From the IMG/VR virus record IMGVR_UViG_3300031613_000001: 64,000 nt of DNA. The stretch is one strand, 5' to 3'. Each line of letters starts with the position of its first letter. Position 1 is the first letter of the stretch. Below are positions 59,863-64,000 of the stretch, one piece after another. Under the pieces are notes generated by a model. That model made no database searches, was not told the DNA's origin, and was given only the letters and a program-made list of their open reading frames with translations. The stretch comes from an uncultured virus (IMG/VR IMGVR_UViG_3300031613_000001). Its lineage: Duplodnaviria > Heunggongvirae > Uroviricota > Caudoviricetes > Crassvirales. Position numbers and translations under genes: made by a program.

Positions 59863-60497
59863 TGATAAATAAAATTTTAAAAAATGATGATAATCATATT
59901 ATAATACAATTAGTTTTTTTTGTATTATTTTATTTATTATCAATGATTATTTTAATGGATATTTCAATTTTTCTTATAATATTTTTACTATTTAGCGTAT
60001 TTCTATATTATATAGTAGATAAAAAACAATATAGAAAATTAATGCAATATAATATTATACCAATGTGGTATTTAAATTATCGTAAAAAACAAATTGAAAG
60101 AAATATTGAAAAATATAATTTAAAATATGTTGATGCTTTTCATAGAAATTTTATAACTGATAGAACTGATGTTATTAGATACAAAAAAAGAGCTTATGTA
60201 TTTAAATTAATATCCAATCCTTTTGATAATTGTCAAAGTGTATCTATATCAAATTTTATAAATTTATTGGCATTAGGTACAACAGAAAAAAATGAACATG
60301 AAAATTATATAAATTCTTTTTTTGATAATGTAAAATGTTTATATAATAAACGTATGTATATTGTAGATATTAATGAATATGCATTATTTAAATTTAAAGT
60401 TTTTAAAAAAAGATTTAATTTAACTGATGTTAAAAAAATGAATTATACTAGTACTAACGGTAGTGCAATGGTAATAATAAAATTTGTTAAAGAATAA
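59862..60497 (+). CDS. Hypothetical membrane-anchored protein
   Basis: Two N-terminal hydrophobic segments. Confidence 0.6.
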   Translation: MINKILKNDDNHIIIQLVFFVLFYLLSMIILMDISIFLIIFLLFSVFLYYIVDKKQYRKLMQYNIIPMWYLNYRKKQIERNIEKYNLKYVDAFHRNFITDRTDVIRYKKRAYVFKLISNPFDNCQSVSISNFINLLALGTTEKNEHENYINSFFDNVKCLYNKRMYIVDINEYALFKFKVFKKRFNLTDVKKMNYTSTNGSAMVIIKFVKE

Positions 60498-60534
60498 AAA
60501 AAACCTTAGTGCAATTAAGCATTAAGGTTTTTTT
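60496..60534. terminator. Bidirectional terminator between convergent modules
   Basis: A8-CCTTAGTGC-AATTAA-GCATTAAGG-T7. Confidence 0.85.
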
Positions 60535-60571
60535 AGACTTTTTATTTTACTACACGTTTTTTTTAGACTTT

Positions 60572-63500
60572 TTATTTTGCTGAATTCTCTAAAAAGTTAA
60601 AAAGTTCTTGTGGTGAACGTTCAAATTGAGCTATTACTGGTATTAATTTTTTAAATTTAATCCAAGCTCTATTTTCACCTCTATTTCTTCCACCTTCATA
60701 ATCTTCACCTATTGACCATGGCATTATTTGAGTAAAAAATGAATACGTTTTTTCTAAAGTATTAAGTGCTACTGCTGGAGATCTAAATACTCTCATATTT
60801 TCTGATGGATGATAAAATTGCATAAATTCAGATTGTTGTCTTCTAAATATATAAGCTAATGTAAATAATATTTCATCATCATCGTCATCTGCAGCTGCAT
60901 ATGTAAGCATTGCTGCTGTTGCCATCATTCCAGTTATCATAAGTTCAGTTATTGTTTTTCTTATATTAGACTTTTCCATATCGGTCATTTCTTTCCAATT
61001 TTGAGTAGCAAGTTCTAATTTAAAATTAGCAATAGCTGGCATAACACCATGTCTTATATATCTAACAAAACTAGTATAAATACCTTCATCAAACCTTTTC
61101 ATTTCATAATCATAGATTCTTTGTTCATCAGTAAGATCTTCTTGTTTTTTTAATGAATGTAAAGCACCTGCATATCTTCTTTTATAAGCACTAACCATCC
61201 ATTTTCTAAACATTAAAATTAATTTACCCCACCAATATCTTTCTATGTGTGACTGCCATTTGCTATCATACTGACCATGTAGCTTTATTGTAAGCTTTCT
61301 AATTAATTGCTGATGATGTATTTGACCTGTACCTTTTATTGATTCAGCACTATGAGAAGTTGATTCTGCATTTTTATTTAATTCAAGAGTAACAATACCA
61401 TCTTTATCTACTTTTTTTTCATAAGCTTCATATAATGTCATTGCTTTCTTTTTAGTAGTGACATTACCATTAAAATCTATAAATTGTCCTTTTTTGTTTT
61501 TAACTTTAATAGAATTCATTACAGCAATCATTAGTGTAGCTTGTGCATAATGTTCACCCATACCATTCATTGCATGTATAGAATTTTTATTAGCAACAGA
61601 TCTTAATTTAGATCTACTTTCAAATGCATTTTTAATAATACTAAAATTACCCATTAAATCAAAAGTTTCAATAAGTACATTAATTTTACTACTATTAGTA
61701 GTACTACCTATATCATTTAATATATTAGCCATGTCAGCAGCATATATTTTTTCAGCTTTTGCTATATCTCTTACTGTAAATATATCACCACCTATTCCTT
61801 CAATAAAATTTTGAAATTTAGCTTGTAATACGTTAGGTAATGCAGTAAGTGCATTTAAACCTAATTGTAAATCAGCTGTTGCTGATGCTGTTGAATTTGA
61901 AAGTTGGTTTATACTAATTCCTAATATTTTACCTTGATAAACATCAGTAATTCCATATATTCTATTATCCATCATAGACTTTAGTTTTTTATATATATTA
62001 CTATTTTTACCTTGCTCTCTTACTAAATCACTTTTACTTATTTCACCTGTTTTTTTAAAAAAAGCAACAAGAGCTTTTGCGTCAATATTTCTTCTAAGAA
62101 CACTTGATTCACCTATTACAGTTAATAAAACATCTGCTTCTGCTTCTATTTCTTTCTTTTGTTTGTAATTTTCAGCCATCATAGTATCCATAGCTAACAT
62201 AGTACTTAAATCATAAGATTGATCTTTAACATTTATTTTATTTCTATAGTAAACAGGTAATGAATTAACAGCTTGATTATTTAAATCTGTACGAGTTCTT
62301 TCATACATTTGATCATCAGTTTCTTCATTTATTAAATTACCGTAACTATCTTCATCTTTTCTATCTTTAAAAATATCTTTTATTCCTGTTTTAACAGCAT
62401 TTACAGCTTTACCACTGAGTATTTTATCACTAGTTGACTGTGTAATACCATTTAATCTAATAAAAACAGGTCCATCTTCAAAAGGTTGTCTAAAAAGACT
62501 ATTTATACCATTAGTTTTTTCATTGTTTTCTTTTAATTGCTGAATATAAAAATCATAATAATCTTTTTTAAAACCACTTAAAGCAGTGTATTTTGGATTT
62601 ATCCATTTATTAATAGGTTTATTATTTTTATAATTTTCTTTAATCCATTTATTTCTTTCATTTTTAATTTGAATATGTTCTTTACTACCATATTCTAAAT
62701 TATTTAACTTTCTTTCAAAATCTTCAACTATATCATTAAACTCTGATTTATATTGAGTTACAAAATATTGATTATCTTTGGTTTTATCAAGCATAAAAGC
62801 ATAACGCTTTTCATTAGAATTACCTTGGAAATTAGCTTTTCTTTCTTTTACTGCTATTTTATTACGTTGAGTCATTGATACTTGTCTAACTTTAAAATCA
62901 GCTTCATCAATTTTTTCACTCAATATACTTATAAAAGTACTATCTGTTAATTTTTCACTAGATGCATAAGTATCAAAACCTGAAATGTCTATATTAATAA
63001 GATCTAAACTTTTTCTTATTTTTGCTCTTTTTTCAGCTTGAATAGAATCTATATTTTCATTCATTTGCTCAGTTATATATTCATCTTTAGTATAACCTGT
63101 AGGTTTGTTTTTATTATATTCTCTTTCAAAGATTTCATAATACTCTGTAGTAACCCTATCATTTTTAGCTGCTAAAGGTTCTATTAAAGCATCTTTCATT
63201 TTATCAATTAAAGATTTATAAACTGTATTATATTGAGATTCTACATAATCTAAATTTTTTGTAAGTTTTTTATATTCTTCTTCAGTTATTTTATTATATT
63301 TTTTTAAACTAAAAGCAATATCTCTAATGCTATCATTATTAGAAAATATTACCATATAAGATTTAAATCTAGATAAATAATCTAAAGAAGGGTTCTCTTT
63401 ATTTTGTATTGAATTTTTTAATATATATAACTCATCTACTGAAAAATTTAGATATTCTAATATTGCTTTTTCTTCAGATTTACTTTGAAGATCTTTTAAA

Positions 63501-64000
63501 TTATCTTGTATTTTTTTATATTTATCTTTATATTTACCACCTTTTGCATCATTTGACTTAACTTTAACATCTTCAATAGTTGCATATATACGTGTTATAA
63601 GATTTTTTACGTTAGTAAGTTCTTTTTCAAGATTGTCTTCAATCTCTTTTTTACTTTTTATACTATCTCTAGTTCTTTTTTCAAAAGTCATATTAAGAGA
63701 TGACTGATTATTATTACTATATTCTTCTGATGCAATATCTATAATGGAATTTACAATTTCTTGAACTTTAATAGAATCATAATTTTTATTATTTAAACCT
63801 AAAAATTCTTTAATTGCATTTATAAATTGCTTCCATACAGATTCATTACTTTCAACAGCTTTTAATTTATTTCTAAAGCTACTATTAGTCATTATCTCTG
63901 ATGTAAATTCATTTATATTAGTGAAACCATAATTGTCACCTTTTAAATTTGCATACTCAGCAGCTTTAGTATAATAATCAAAAGCTTTTTGTATATTATT
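60572..64000 (-). CDS. Giant virion cargo protein, C-terminal part (runs off window end)
   Basis: Frame open to 64000; YGFTNINEFTSEIMTN resembles the distal zincin motif of crAss giant virion proteins; helical, hydrophobic segment near C-terminus. Confidence 0.7.
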   Translation of the reverse strand, partial: NNIQKAFDYYTKAAEYANLKGDNYGFTNINEFTSEIMTNSSFRNKLKAVESNESVWKQFINAIKEFLGLNNKNYDSIKVQEIVNSIIDIASEEYSNNNQSSLNMTFEKRTRDSIKSKKEIEDNLEKELTNVKNLITRIYATIEDVKVKSNDAKGGKYKDKYKKIQDNLKDLQSKSEEKAILEYLNFSVDELYILKNSIQNKENPSLDYLSRFKSYMVIFSNNDSIRDIAFSLKKYNKITEEEYKKLTKNLDYVESQYNTVYKSLIDKMKDALIEPLAAKNDRVTTEYYEIFEREYNKNKPTGYTKDEYITEQMNENIDSIQAEKRAKIRKSLDLINIDISGFDTYASSEKLTDSTFISILSEKIDEADFKVRQVSMTQRNKIAVKERKANFQGNSNEKRYAFMLDKTKDNQYFVTQYKSEFNDIVEDFERKLNNLEYGSKEHIQIKNERNKWIKENYKNNKPINKWINPKYTALSGFKKDYYDFYIQQLKENNEKTNGINSLFRQPFEDGPVFIRLNGITQSTSDKILSGKAVNAVKTGIKDIFKDRKDEDSYGNLINEETDDQMYERTRTDLNNQAVNSLPVYYRNKINVKDQSYDLSTMLAMDTMMAENYKQKKEIEAEADVLLTVIGESSVLRRNIDAKALVAFFKKTGEISKSDLVREQGKNSNIYKKLKSMMDNRIYGITDVYQGKILGISINQLSNSTASATADLQLGLNALTALPNVLQAKFQNFIEGIGGDIFTVRDIAKAEKIYAADMANILNDIGSTTNSSKINVLIETFDLMGNFSIIKNAFESRSKLRSVANKNSIHAMNGMGEHYAQATLMIAVMNSIKVKNKKGQFIDFNGNVTTKKKAMTLYEAYEKKVDKDGIVTLELNKNAESTSHSAESIKGTGQIHHQQLIRKLTIKLHGQYDSKWQSHIERYWWGKLILMFRKWMVSAYKRRYAGALHSLKKQEDLTDEQRIYDYEMKRFDEGIYTSFVRYIRHGVMPAIANFKLELATQNWKEMTDMEKSNIRKTITELMITGMMATAAMLTYAAADDDDDEILFTLAYIFRRQQSEFMQFYHPSENMRVFRSPAVALNTLEKTYSFFTQIMPWSIGEDYEGGRNRGENRAWIKFKKLIPVIAQFERSPQELFNFLENSAK

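Noticed and set aside
60527..60578. Short direct repeat TTTTTTTAGACTTTTTATTTT
   Set aside because: Low-complexity local duplication at a terminator; no functional evidence.

Overview
AT-rich 64-kb segment of a crAss-like (Crassvirales-type) phage, probably infecting a Bacteroidota host (TAnnTTTG promoters). Layout: 1-20.9 kb minus-strand virion/packaging module (tail fibre, ring and auxiliary capsid proteins, MCP, portal, TerL, PhoH, GroEL/GroES-like); 21-30.6 kb plus-strand early region of small ORFs with many structured RNAs (twister ribozyme, tmRNA, a tRNA-like gene with an 85-nt anticodon insert, several unnamed folds) and an integron/attC-like module array; 30.6-60.5 kb plus-strand replication and nucleotide module (PolB, DnaB-like helicase, intron-split ThyA, primase, amidoligase/ATP-grasp/GATase cluster, UDG, RusA, NrdAB, SF2 helicase); 60.5-64 kb end of a giant minus-strand virion protein. 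Main signals: (1) in-frame TGA codons, several at conserved Trp sites, occur only in the first ~95 codons of DNA replication/dNTP genes and never in the structural genes, the reverse of the pattern reported for recoded phages; (2) a TAAC...GTT hairpin array at 27.9-29.3 kb whose start codons lie inside the hairpins and whose ORFs read through the junctions, suggesting head/body gene shuffling. All calls are from motif reading and hand folding; no searches were run.
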